This document shows, one piece after another, positions 6,833 to 14,464 of a stretch of DNA of 15,999 nt. Origin of the DNA: a virus; IMG/VR virus record IMGVR_UViG_3300036945_000237, positions 1 through 15,999 of that record, one strand, 5' to 3'. The notes below the pieces were generated by a model that did no database searches, was not told the DNA's origin, and worked only from the letters and a program-made list of their open reading frames with translations. A program made the translations under genes and the position numbers. Within the stretch, counting starts at the first letter, position 1. Every line of letters begins with the position of its first letter.

Positions 6833-6866
6833 AGAGGGGGCATAGCCCTTGCCCCCTCTTGGTCTT
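6833..6866 (+). terminator. Rho-independent terminator/attenuator after the capsid gene
   Basis: Perfect 9-bp GC-rich stem AGAGGGGGC (6833-6841) / GCCCCCTCT (6851-6859) with a 9-nt loop, followed by TTGGTCTTT. Lies in the 67-nt gap after TAG 6812-6814. Confidence 0.7.
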
Positions 6867-6881
6867 TAGAAAGGAATTGGA

Positions 6882-7451
6882 ATGTCACTCTGCACAGTAG
6901 CTGAATTAAAGAGCGTGCTAGGCGTTGGCTCGCTGTACCCAGACGCGACACTCCAAGAAGTATGCGACGCATCAGATGTTGTTTTACTTCCAATGCTTTG
7001 GACTCCAACTCAATTTGCAATTGCTCATAGCAATGTGGTTGGCGTTGGCACTCTTTATTTTGATATCCCAGTCAATAACATTTTTTATGTTGGTCAGTCA
7101 GTAACTATTGCCAACTGTGGCACTAAATATGCTGGAACTAAAACTATTACTGCTGTTGGAGATTATTCAATCAGCATGGTAACTACTCACACAACGGTAG
7201 TTAAGTATCACCCGATTGAACCTTATGGCACTGTTGCACCAGAGTCTTATATAGACTGGACTGCTGATGCAGCAATCCAGAATGCCGCTTTGATGATAGC
7301 TGTTGAAATCTGGCAAGCAAGAACCAGCACACTGTCTGGCTCTAATTCAATAGATTTCCAGCCCTCACCTTACCGAATGTCAGCACAGCTGCTCGCTAAG
7401 GTCAGAGGATTGATCGCGCACGCGCTAGACCCTCGCTCAATGGTGGGCTAA
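6882..7451 (+). CDS. Head-tail connector / adaptor (gp6-like)
   Basis: 189 aa, first gene after the capsid gene. The C-terminal segment AAIQNAALMIAVEIWQARTS resembles the gp6-like connector motif. SD AAAGGA. Confidence 0.55.
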   Translation: MSLCTVAELKSVLGVGSLYPDATLQEVCDASDVVLLPMLWTPTQFAIAHSNVVGVGTLYFDIPVNNIFYVGQSVTIANCGTKYAGTKTITAVGDYSISMVTTHTTVVKYHPIEPYGTVAPESYIDWTADAAIQNAALMIAVEIWQARTSTLSGSNSIDFQPSPYRMSAQLLAKVRGLIAHALDPRSMVG

Positions 7452-7843
7452 TGACAGCCGCGATTTCAACCCTTCGAACTACCCTGGCAACAGCTTTAGT
7501 TGACAATTCACTGTGGAGCACATTTGCGTTTCCCCCAAGTGTAGTTCTCGCAAATTCTTTAATTATTTCTCCAGATGATCCATATATTACGCCAAGCAAT
7601 AATGCGCGTAATACGATCAGTCCAATGGCATCGTTTAAGGTGCTCATTGTCGTGCCCCTCTTCGATAACGAAGGCAATCTCAATGGCATTGAAACTAACC
7701 TGGTTAGAGTGTTTAATTTACTCGCCGCTAGTTCTTTGACCTATAATGTAGGCAGTGTTTCTGCCCCTAGAGTTCTCAACGCTGCATCAGGCGATCTGCT
7801 CAGCTGCGAGATTACCGTATCAATCCTAACAAGTTGGAGTTAA
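7451..7843 (+). CDS. Neck/head-tail joining protein (possible tail terminator or head closure)
   Basis: 130 aa, TAATG-coupled to the connector gene. Assigned by position only; no motif recognised with certainty. Confidence 0.4.
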   Translation: MTAAISTLRTTLATALVDNSLWSTFAFPPSVVLANSLIISPDDPYITPSNNARNTISPMASFKVLIVVPLFDNEGNLNGIETNLVRVFNLLAASSLTYNVGSVSAPRVLNAASGDLLSCEITVSILTSWS

Positions 7844-7844
7844 T

Positions 7845-7946
7845 ATGTCAGACCTAACACCAGAGGATCTAGCCTTCTTGAAGAAGATTGGTCAGATCAC
7901 AGATGCACCAGCAAAGCCAGTAACTACTAAAAAGGAAGAAGAATAA
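7845..7946 (+). CDS. 33-aa hypothetical protein
   Basis: Not in the ORF track. MSDLTPEDLAFLKKIGQITDAPAKPVTTKKEEE. GGAG lies 5 nt upstream, and the ORF fills the gap between neighbours exactly. Confidence 0.4.
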   Translation: MSDLTPEDLAFLKKIGQITDAPAKPVTTKKEEE

Positions 7947-7948
7947 TC

Positions 7949-8371
7949 ATGGCAATTTTTCTAAATAACAAGGTCGGTTTTAAGATTGCTACAGTTAATC
8001 TTTCTGACCATGTAACTGCTTTTACTCTTAATCGTCAATCAGATCTCATCGAAGTTTCCGCAATGGGCGATACCGCACACAAATTCGTGACTGGATTGTC
8101 AGCTGACACCATCACAGTTTCATTCTTGAACGACACAGCAGCAGCAAGCGTTCTAGCAACTCTTCAGACTGCTTATGGCACAACAGTAGCTTTTGCAGCA
8201 ATTCAAGATTCATCAGCTGCTGTATCGGCTACCAACAAACTCTATACAGGCACAATTATTGTAGATAACATTCCAGACATTAACGGCGCTGTCGCTGATG
8301 AAGGTATGATTGACATTACATTTACCTGTAACTCAAAAACAGAACCAGCATCAACTGGTACTTGGGCATAA
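7949..8371 (+). CDS. Major tail (tube) protein
   Basis: 140 aa with SD AAGGAAG. Sits immediately upstream of the frameshifted chaperone pair, the canonical siphovirus position. Confidence 0.6.
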   Translation: MAIFLNNKVGFKIATVNLSDHVTAFTLNRQSDLIEVSAMGDTAHKFVTGLSADTITVSFLNDTAAASVLATLQTAYGTTVAFAAIQDSSAAVSATNKLYTGTIIVDNIPDINGAVADEGMIDITFTCNSKTEPASTGTWA

Positions 8372-8399
8372 TCTAACTACTAAAGAAAAGGGCTAACAA

Positions 8400-8669
8400 A
8401 TGGCAAAGCTAAAGATCACTAGAACCGATGGCACTGTATCTGAGCATCAGATCACGCCATCTATCGAATACGCATTTGAGAACCATGCAAAGATGGGTTT
8501 TCATCGTGCGTTCAGAGAGCTAGAGCGGCAATCGGATGTCTACTTTTTGGCTTGGGAATGTCTGCGTCGCAGCTTTGAAGGTACTGGTGAAACAGTTAAA
8601 CCTTTCGGAGCAGCGTTCATAGATACTCTATCTAAAGTGGAAGTTTTAGACGACGACCCTTTGTCATAG
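8400..8669 (+). CDS. Tail assembly chaperone (G-like, zero-frame product)
   Basis: 89 aa between the major tail and tape measure genes. Ends ...VLDDDPLS* with a slippery heptamer 6 nt before the stop. Confidence 0.75.
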   Translation: MAKLKITRTDGTVSEHQITPSIEYAFENHAKMGFHRAFRELERQSDVYFLAWECLRRSFEGTGETVKPFGAAFIDTLSKVEVLDDDPLS

Positions 8670-8845
8670 AGCGAGATTCATTTACTTACTTAATCGCAAG
8701 ATTAAGTTTAGAAACTGGATTATCGCCTAACGATTTACTTGAACTAGATTCGAGAATGTTCAAGGCTTTATTGCAAGCAATGAAAGATCGAAATAAGGAG
8801 ATCAAGGATGCCAGTCGAAGTAAAGGGCGCAATAGAATTGCGTAA
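8400..8845 (+). CDS. Tail assembly chaperone, -1 frameshift product (GT-like, about 148 aa)
   Basis: X_XXY_YYZ heptamer C_CCT_TTG at 8657-8663. The -1 frame is open from 8636 to TAA 8843-8845 and reads VIERDSFTYLIARLSLETGLSPNDLLELDSRMFKALLQAMKDRNKEIKDASRSKGRNRIA. Confidence 0.7.
8657..8663 (+). promoter_or_regulatory. Programmed -1 ribosomal frameshift slippery site CCCTTTG
   Basis: In zero frame gaC CCT TTG. Both tRNAs can re-pair as CCC TTT after a -1 slip. Confidence 0.65.
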
Positions 8846-9470
8846 AGCCCTTCGCGACTTTGCACCTGATCTTGCACTTCAATTACAGCTAGAGATGAAG
8901 GCTGCCCTAGCTCCGATAGCAGCGACTGCTCGTGGATACATTCCATCTGAGGCTCCGCTATCGGGCTGGGGTAAGTCATCAGCTACAGGTAGATTTCCTG
9001 AATGGTCTAGTGCTGAAGCTAAATCTGGTATTGGATACAAGACTAGCCCTTCTAAGCCTAACTCACGAGGTTGGCGAGCATTAGCACAGATTCGTAATAA
9101 GAGTGCTGCTGGTGCAATTTATGAAACTGCTGGTCGTGTAAATCCTGACGGTCGTGAACAATTAAAGACGATTACCTATAGCGGCAGCGGATATGAGTTC
9201 ACTACCAGCACTGGTAAGAATTATGGCAAGAGCAATAACCCTGAAGCTGGTTCATTATTTATTCAAGCCATGAATCAACATGGTCAGATAGTTGATGCTA
9301 ATTATGCAACAGGTGCTGGTCGTAGAGGCCGTCAGATGAAAGGCCGCGCTATCTTTCGCGCCTGGAAAGAAGATGGCGGCAAAGCTAACGATGCAGTCAT
9401 TAAAGCAATTTTACGCGCTTCAGAGAACTTTGAAAGACGCGGATTTGTATGGAGAAAGGCCACGCGATGA
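8808..9470 (+). CDS. HK97 gp10-like head-tail joining / tail completion family protein (expanded, 220 aa)
   Basis: Strong SD AAGGAG 7 nt upstream. The N-terminus MPVEVKGAIELRKALRDFAPDL...AATARGYIP, plus AGAIYETAGR and SLFIQAM, resemble the gp10-family pattern (v.v.G..eL...L ... ak...P ... vEfG ... PFl.pA). Confidence 0.45.
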   Translation: MPVEVKGAIELRKALRDFAPDLALQLQLEMKAALAPIAATARGYIPSEAPLSGWGKSSATGRFPEWSSAEAKSGIGYKTSPSKPNSRGWRALAQIRNKSAAGAIYETAGRVNPDGREQLKTITYSGSGYEFTTSTGKNYGKSNNPEAGSLFIQAMNQHGQIVDANYATGAGRRGRQMKGRAIFRAWKEDGGKANDAVIKAILRASENFERRGFVWRKATR

Positions 9471-11560
9471 GTAACATAGTCATTGATATTGCCGCGCAAT
9501 TTACTGGCAAGAAAGCCTTTTCCGCTTCTGAGAAAGCCATTGATAATCTGGCTAAAAGCATTAAGCGTGCAGCCCTAGGCGGCGGTATTGCAGCCCTTAT
9601 GGGAAGCTCTGTGAAGGCTTTTGCAGCCGATGAAAAAGCAGCGGCAATGCTTGGCAACACCTTGAAAAACCTAGGCTTAGAAACCTTTACAGCCAGCGTG
9701 GAAGCCATGATCGATAAGACTCAGTTGGCTACAGGCGTGCTCGATGAACAGCTTAGACCAGCTTTTCAAAAACTAGTTACTTCAACTGGTGACGCGATTA
9801 AGGCTCAAGAGCTGCTTCAACTCGCTTTAGATGTTTCTGCTGGATCAACTGTTGATTTAGTTACTGTTTCAAGCGACATTGCAAATGTTATGGCTGGCAA
9901 TAACAAAGGTTTGAAGAAATACGCCCTAGGGCTTTCAGCTCTTGAACTAAAGACCATGTCTGCAACTGATGTCCAATTAAAGTTTTTAGAAGTTTATGGT
10001 GGCGCATCAGAAGCCGCTTCAAAGACTTTTGCTGTTAGTCTTAACCGAATTAAAGCCTCAGTTGAAATGGCACGCGAATCCTTAGGTAAAGGCTTAGTCG
10101 ATGGCTTGATGATTGCCAGTGGCAGTCAGAACATTGATGAATTACAAAAGAAGATCTTAGATTTTGGTAAGAGTGCTGGCAATGCTTTCAAGACTTTAGG
10201 TGGCTTGGTTCGAGATAACTTAGGACTTCTAAAGTCATTGGCTGTAACTTTTGCTGCAATCTGGACTACTAGCAAGGTCATTGCTGGTATTACCGCTGTT
10301 CAAAAGATCATTCAGGCTCTAAATGCTTCTTATAAATTACTTCGCGCTACTGCTGTCGGTACTGCTATTGCTCAAGCCGCTGTATTAAATCCATTAGGTG
10401 CGATTGCTTATGGTGCAGCTTTAGTAGCCACCATCACTGCTGCAACTATTAGTATTGATAAACTAGGCGATGCTTTTGGCGGTGCTGACAAAGAAGCCAA
10501 TAAGTTGCTAGAAACAACTAAAGCCATCGGTAATTTCCAGATGAGCACTGGCACTATGCTGGATCTTGGCGCAATCAATCGCAATGTCGATGCTATCTAT
10601 CTTAAGAAAGCAGCTGACGCAAAGATCAAAGCTGACAAAGCGGCGGCCGCTGCAAAGATTAAAGCCGATAAAGCAGCCGCTGCTAATGCGGCTAAACTTG
10701 CCAAGGCTCAATCCATTTTTAACCTTGAAAAGATTCAAATAGAAGCTGCATTAAAAGGCAAGATTAGCGAAGAAGAAAAGACTCGCTTACTTCTTTTGCG
10801 AGCAATCGCGGATGAAGACGCTACAAAGGCTGAACTTCTACAAAAGAAACTTGAAGACATTCAGAAGAAGAATGCAGAGATCGCTGCCGATCTTTTGGCT
10901 ATTGGAGAAGCGAAAGATCCTTTTGCTAGTTGGGCAGGTAGTTTATCTCTAGCGATTGCAGCACTTGCTAAACTAGGCAAAAGCATGGCTGATGTCCCTG
11001 GCTTAGTCCCTGGTGTTGATTACAATCCTGGTCAAAATGCAGATCGCAACTACGATCAAAAAGTAGCAGCCGCAAAAGCAGCAGCTGAAAAAGCAGCGGC
11101 CGAAAAAGCCGCCGCCGAGAAAGCAGCAGCGGATAAGGCAAAAGCCGACAAAGAAGCTGCTGATCGAGCAGCCGCTATTACCAGTATATTTGAACCCGAT
11201 GACACCATCGATGACATCTTATCCAAGGTAGAAAATGTTGCTGAAGCTGCTTTCGCAGCCGCTGAAGCAGCCGCCACATCTGTCAAAGAATCGCAAACCA
11301 CTGTTGATGCACTTGCTGTTGCAGCCACAAATGGCACTCCAGTCACAGGATCATCTTCAATGTTTAACCCTATGGCCACAACACCAGGTTCATCGGCTGG
11401 TTGGGGTACTCAAAATCCTGTTCAAATTATTGTAAATAACAATGGCTCAGTGATTATGCAAGATGAGTTTGTTAAGGCAGTCGGCGATGCGGTAATTCTT
11501 TCCAATACTAATGGCACTAATCGATTTAAGCCTGGTGCTGTCGTAACTGACGGCGGTTGA
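9467..11560 (+). CDS. Tape measure protein
   Basis: Longest ORF (697 aa from ATG 9467). The ATGA overlap with the upstream stop and GGAGAAAGG upstream favour 9467 over the track's 9449. Ala/Lys-rich coiled-coil repeats plus a central hydrophobic block (AVTFAAIWTTSKVIAGITAV...ALVATITAATISI). Confidence 0.85.
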   Translation: MSNIVIDIAAQFTGKKAFSASEKAIDNLAKSIKRAALGGGIAALMGSSVKAFAADEKAAAMLGNTLKNLGLETFTASVEAMIDKTQLATGVLDEQLRPAFQKLVTSTGDAIKAQELLQLALDVSAGSTVDLVTVSSDIANVMAGNNKGLKKYALGLSALELKTMSATDVQLKFLEVYGGASEAASKTFAVSLNRIKASVEMARESLGKGLVDGLMIASGSQNIDELQKKILDFGKSAGNAFKTLGGLVRDNLGLLKSLAVTFAAIWTTSKVIAGITAVQKIIQALNASYKLLRATAVGTAIAQAAVLNPLGAIAYGAALVATITAATISIDKLGDAFGGADKEANKLLETTKAIGNFQMSTGTMLDLGAINRNVDAIYLKKAADAKIKADKAAAAAKIKADKAAAANAAKLAKAQSIFNLEKIQIEAALKGKISEEEKTRLLLLRAIADEDATKAELLQKKLEDIQKKNAEIAADLLAIGEAKDPFASWAGSLSLAIAALAKLGKSMADVPGLVPGVDYNPGQNADRNYDQKVAAAKAAAEKAAAEKAAAEKAAADKAKADKEAADRAAAITSIFEPDDTIDDILSKVENVAEAAFAAAEAAATSVKESQTTVDALAVAATNGTPVTGSSSMFNPMATTPGSSAGWGTQNPVQIIVNNNGSVIMQDEFVKAVGDAVILSNTNGTNRFKPGAVVTDGG
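10619..10684 (+). repeat. 2 x 33-nt in-frame tandem repeat inside the tape measure gene (AKIKADKAAAA x2)
   Basis: gcaaagatcaaagctgacaaagcggcggccgct / gcaaagattaaagccgataaagcagccgctgct. Six differences, all at third codon positions, and identical peptides. Confidence 0.9.
11078..11137 (+). repeat. 15-nt periodic in-frame repeat in the tape measure gene (AAAEK x3, AAADK)
   Basis: gcagcagctgaaaaa / gcagcggccgaaaaa / gccgccgccgagaaa / gcagcagcggataag. Flanked by degenerate units (AAAK, AKADK, EAADR). Confidence 0.85.
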
Positions 11561-11562
11561 TC

Positions 11563-12798
11563 ATGGCAATTCCAGTAATCAACGCAATCATTAACTTTTC
11601 AACTGGTGCTGGCTTTGCCTCTCCAATGATTTTGGATTCAGGCGTTATAGGAGTTAATGCCCTTGCTGATAGCACAGCAGTCACAGTCGATGTTTCCAAT
11701 TTAGTAGATTCGATAAAAACTACTCGCGGCCGTACAGCTCTTTCAGATGTATTCCAGACTGGCACAATGAGCCTTCGCATTATTGACCAGCAAGGCTCGT
11801 TTAACCCAATGAACCCAGCCTCGCCCTACTATCAACTTTTGACCCCAATGCGTAAGGTAACCATTACTGCAACTTGGAATGGCACTACTTACCCAATCTT
11901 TGCTGGTTACATCACCAGTTACGATACGACTACCCCTCGCGATGTGGGTGAAGTCGTTTATACAACCATTCAAGCGGTCGATGGCTTTAGACTTTTTGCA
12001 AACGCACAAATAACAACAGTGGCGACGACCCCAGCGGGTCAAACGAGTGGCACTCGAATTGGAAAGCTGCTCGATGCTATTGGATGGCCTATAGGCATGC
12101 GTGACATCGATGCTGGACAGACTACAGTTCAAGCAGATCCTGGCACTCTTAGAACTGCATTAGGCGCAATGCAGACAGTCACCAGCACTGAATATGGTTC
12201 TTTGTATATGGACGGATTTGGAAATGTTGTTTTCCAAGACCGTCAACTCACTTCATCTAGCGTGGCTGGCACTCCAGTTGATTTCAATGACAATGGCACT
12301 GGGATCTCCTACAACAACGCTTTATGGAAATTAGACGATACTCTGGTGTTTAACAATGTGAGTGTCACCCGCACTGGTGGCAGCCCGCAAGTTGCATTAA
12401 ACCAAGCATCGATCGACAAATATTTCTTGCATTCTTATCAAGAGCAGAACCTTTTAATGGAAACGGATACGGAAGCTCTTAACAATGCACGCGCTTTCTT
12501 GGCTTCTAGGCAAGAAACATCGATCCGATGCGATGCAGTAACTCTAGATCTTTACACTACAAACTACGATGCTGGCATCACTGCTGCCCTAGATCTCGAC
12601 TTCTTTGATCCAATTACAGTAACCACGACTCAACCAGGTTCATCCTCGTTGACTAAGACTTTGCAGGTATTCGGCGTATCACACGATATTCGGCCGAGTG
12701 CATGGAAGACCACTCTGACCACGCTAGAGCCTATCCTGGATTCGTTCATAATTGGGACAAATTATGGGATACTAGGCACTAACACACTTTCATACTAA
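11563..12798 (+). CDS. Distal tail protein (Dit-like) / minor tail protein
   Basis: About 411 aa immediately after the tape measure gene. The N-terminal pattern IKTTRGRTALSDVFQTGTMSLRIIDQQGSFNPMNPASPYYQLLTPMRKVTITA...YPIFAGYITSY...IQAVDGFRLF is typical of siphovirus Dit N-domains. ATG 11563 is preferred over TTG 11557. Confidence 0.6.
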   Translation: MAIPVINAIINFSTGAGFASPMILDSGVIGVNALADSTAVTVDVSNLVDSIKTTRGRTALSDVFQTGTMSLRIIDQQGSFNPMNPASPYYQLLTPMRKVTITATWNGTTYPIFAGYITSYDTTTPRDVGEVVYTTIQAVDGFRLFANAQITTVATTPAGQTSGTRIGKLLDAIGWPIGMRDIDAGQTTVQADPGTLRTALGAMQTVTSTEYGSLYMDGFGNVVFQDRQLTSSSVAGTPVDFNDNGTGISYNNALWKLDDTLVFNNVSVTRTGGSPQVALNQASIDKYFLHSYQEQNLLMETDTEALNNARAFLASRQETSIRCDAVTLDLYTTNYDAGITAALDLDFFDPITVTTTQPGSSSLTKTLQVFGVSHDIRPSAWKTTLTTLEPILDSFIIGTNYGILGTNTLSY

Positions 12799-12807
12799 GG
12801 GGAACAA

Positions 12808-13458
12808 ATGGCAGCAGGACAAGGCTTCAAGACATTCGCCACAGGTGATGTTCTCACAGCCGCAGACACTAACGGATACCTCATGCAGGGAGTCTGGACA
12901 TTCGCAGATGCCGCTGCTCGCGATGCAGCTGTAACTAGCCCTCAAGAAGGCAATGTGTGCTATCTAAAGAGCACAGATGCAATCATGACCTATTCAGGTT
13001 CAGCATGGGTAGCAGTCGGTGGAGCGGCAGCTTTAGTCGGTTGCTCAGCTACTCGCACAAATGTATCAACTGCAATAACAGCCAATACAGCGTTCGCAGT
13101 TGCTTTAACTGCTGAAAATTTTGATACGGATGGTTTTCACGATAACGCCACAAATAACACTCGTTTAACCATTCCAACTGGCAAAGGTGGAAAGTATTTA
13201 ATCAGTGGTTATGTGAACAACGCACTGGGTAGCCCAGGTTCATATAGTATTTTGAAATTATACAAAGGCGGCTCTCAATTAACAGGTATGGGCAACCGTG
13301 AGGGTGACTTTGCTCGTGGTAATGGAGATCCTATTCTTACATTTAGCGAAGTTGTAACTTTGAGTGCTGGCGAATACATCGAAATGTATTACCAACAAGG
13401 CGCAACAGAAACCGTGAACATGTGGTTCATTCTTTCAGCAATCTACTTGGGGGCATAA
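12808..13458 (+). CDS. Tail fibre / receptor-binding protein with C1q/TNF-like C-terminal jelly-roll
   Basis: The N-terminus FATGDVLTAADTNGYLMQGVWTFADAAARDAAVTSPQEGNVCYLKSTDAIMTYSGSAW is the anchor motif common to actinophage minor tail proteins. The C-terminus ENFDTDGFHD..TRLTIPTGKGGKYLISGYV...LKLYKGGSQL...VTLSAGEYIEMYYQQ matches the C1q-like pattern. Confidence 0.6.
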   Translation: MAAGQGFKTFATGDVLTAADTNGYLMQGVWTFADAAARDAAVTSPQEGNVCYLKSTDAIMTYSGSAWVAVGGAAALVGCSATRTNVSTAITANTAFAVALTAENFDTDGFHDNATNNTRLTIPTGKGGKYLISGYVNNALGSPGSYSILKLYKGGSQLTGMGNREGDFARGNGDPILTFSEVVTLSAGEYIEMYYQQGATETVNMWFILSAIYLGA

Positions 13459-13459
13459 C

Positions 13460-13705
13460 ATGAATTTTTACGAATTTGAGATTCCAGCATTTATTGATGG
13501 CGTTCAACTCAAAGCCGAATTGGGTTGCGATGAAGTTTATATTCGAGACGAAAAACTAGTAATTGGTGGCTCTTTAACCAAAGCAGAAGCCGAAGCAGGT
13601 TTAGCAGCTCACAAACCAATCGTAAAGCCTGAGCCAACTATTGCTGAAAAACTAGCATCTGTTGGATTGTCAATTGATGATCTAAAGGCTGCTTTAGGTC
13701 TATAA
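13460..13705 (+). CDS. Hypothetical protein (81 aa) between fibre and endolysin
   Basis: ORF track. The C-terminal KLASVGLSIDDLKAALGL motif recurs in small tail-proximal phage proteins. Function unknown. Confidence 0.5.
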   Translation: MNFYEFEIPAFIDGVQLKAELGCDEVYIRDEKLVIGGSLTKAEAEAGLAAHKPIVKPEPTIAEKLASVGLSIDDLKAALGL

Positions 13706-14137
13706 GTGAAGCCAAGACTTTCAAAGTGTGCAATCCAGTTAAGAGAACAGATTGACGACACATTCCCAGATCGAGATCGAGCTAGCGATGGTTGGATCGG
13801 CGATAGTAGACACGCTGCGCGTAAGTCAGATCATTCTCCAAATGCTAGCGGTTGGGTTCATGCCATCGATGTCGATCGAGATCTATCGGGTAAAGCTAAA
13901 CCTGACCTCATGCCAGATCTTGCGGATCAGATTCGTATCTTTGCAAAGTCTGATAAGTCAAAGCGCATCTCATACATCATCTTTGACGGAAAAATTGCCA
14001 GCCCACGCCTTAACTGGAAGTGGCGAAAATACACAGGCATCAACAAACATAATCACCACATGCATATCTCGTTTACGGAAGCGGCTGACCTTAATGGTGA
14101 GTTTCTTCAAATACCTATGATCGGGGGATCACAATGA
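13706..14137 (+). CDS. Putative endolysin: LAS-type zinc metallopeptidase-like, no recognisable wall-binding domain
   Basis: 143 aa with a GTG start directly after the TAA. SDGWIGDSRHAARKSDHSP..GWVHAIDVD gives H-x5-D, and HNHHMHISF gives H-x-H, the LAS (lysostaphin / D-Ala-D-Ala peptidase / hedgehog) signature. Directly precedes the holin gene. Confidence 0.55.
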   Translation: MKPRLSKCAIQLREQIDDTFPDRDRASDGWIGDSRHAARKSDHSPNASGWVHAIDVDRDLSGKAKPDLMPDLADQIRIFAKSDKSKRISYIIFDGKIASPRLNWKWRKYTGINKHNHHMHISFTEAADLNGEFLQIPMIGGSQ

Positions 14138-14310
14138 AAGATCTAAAAAACGCTGCAGCATCGTGGGGCAGAGCATTCTTGGTTGCAGTCATCTCAATGT
14201 ACGCAGCTGGTGTATCCGAGCCACAGGCTTTGATCGCTGCTGGCCTTGCATCAATCATTCCACCAGTATTGCGATACTTGGATCCTAAAGATGAACTTGG
14301 AAGAAAATGA
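14134..14310 (+). CDS. Holin (two predicted transmembrane segments)
   Basis: Not in the ORF track. MKDLKNAAASWGRAFLVAVISMYAAGVSEPQALIAAGLASIIPPVLRYLDPKDELGRK. Has ATGA overlaps at both ends and a charged C-terminus. Confidence 0.65.
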   Translation: MKDLKNAAASWGRAFLVAVISMYAAGVSEPQALIAAGLASIIPPVLRYLDPKDELGRK

Positions 14311-14456
14311 CACAAGCAGACTTCTTTCAGCTCTATATTGCCACGCTTGTGACAATCGGTGGATTGGCTGGCTATGTGATCACACACCTTCTAAGTGAGA
14401 TCAAGCGACTCAACACACGAGTCGATGAGATTTACAACATACTTTTAGAACGCTAA
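14307..14456 (+). CDS. Small membrane protein (one TM + amphipathic C-terminus), lysis-cassette accessory
   Basis: Not in the ORF track. MTQADFFQLYIATLVTIGGLAGYVITHLLSEIKRLNTRVDEIYNILLER. ATGA-coupled to the holin gene. Confidence 0.5.
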   Translation: MTQADFFQLYIATLVTIGGLAGYVITHLLSEIKRLNTRVDEIYNILLER

Positions 14457-14459
14457 AAT
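14431..14459 (+). promoter_or_regulatory. Near-consensus sigma70/SigA-type promoter, probable early promoter giving a leaderless mRNA
   Basis: TTTACA (14431-14436), exactly 17 nt, TAAAAT (14454-14459). The A of ATG 14465 is 6 nt past the -10, and no SD precedes that ATG. Confidence 0.55.
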
Positions 14460-14464
14460 AAACC

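Noticed and set aside
9449-9466. ORF-track start ATG 9449 for the tape measure gene
   Set aside because: ATG 9467 forms an ATGA stop/start overlap with the upstream gene and has GGAGAAAGG at the proper distance. 9449 would put that SD inside the coding sequence.
10619-11167. Periodic short repeats, considered as a CRISPR-like or satellite array
   Set aside because: The repeats are in frame within the tape measure ORF and have no spacers. They encode coiled-coil Ala/Lys/Glu peptides, so this is ordinary TMP repeat architecture.
11056-11435. 107-aa minus ORF and 66-aa plus ORF over the Ala-rich tape-measure repeats
   Set aside because: These are shadow frames of GCN-rich repeats (poly-Ala/Ser/Leu translations) nested in the tape measure gene.
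13752-14120. 122-aa + strand ORF nested out of frame inside the endolysin gene, with some hydrophobic stretches (considered as an embedded holin or spanin)
   Set aside because: It has a non-ATG start with no SD and no clean TM/charge architecture. Bona fide holin-like genes follow immediately downstream, so chance is the simpler explanation.
14115-14387. 90-aa minus-strand ORF from the ORF track across the holin region
   Set aside because: The + strand here encodes two ATGA-coupled small membrane proteins with classical holin features. The antisense ORF has no start context and breaks the all-plus organisation.
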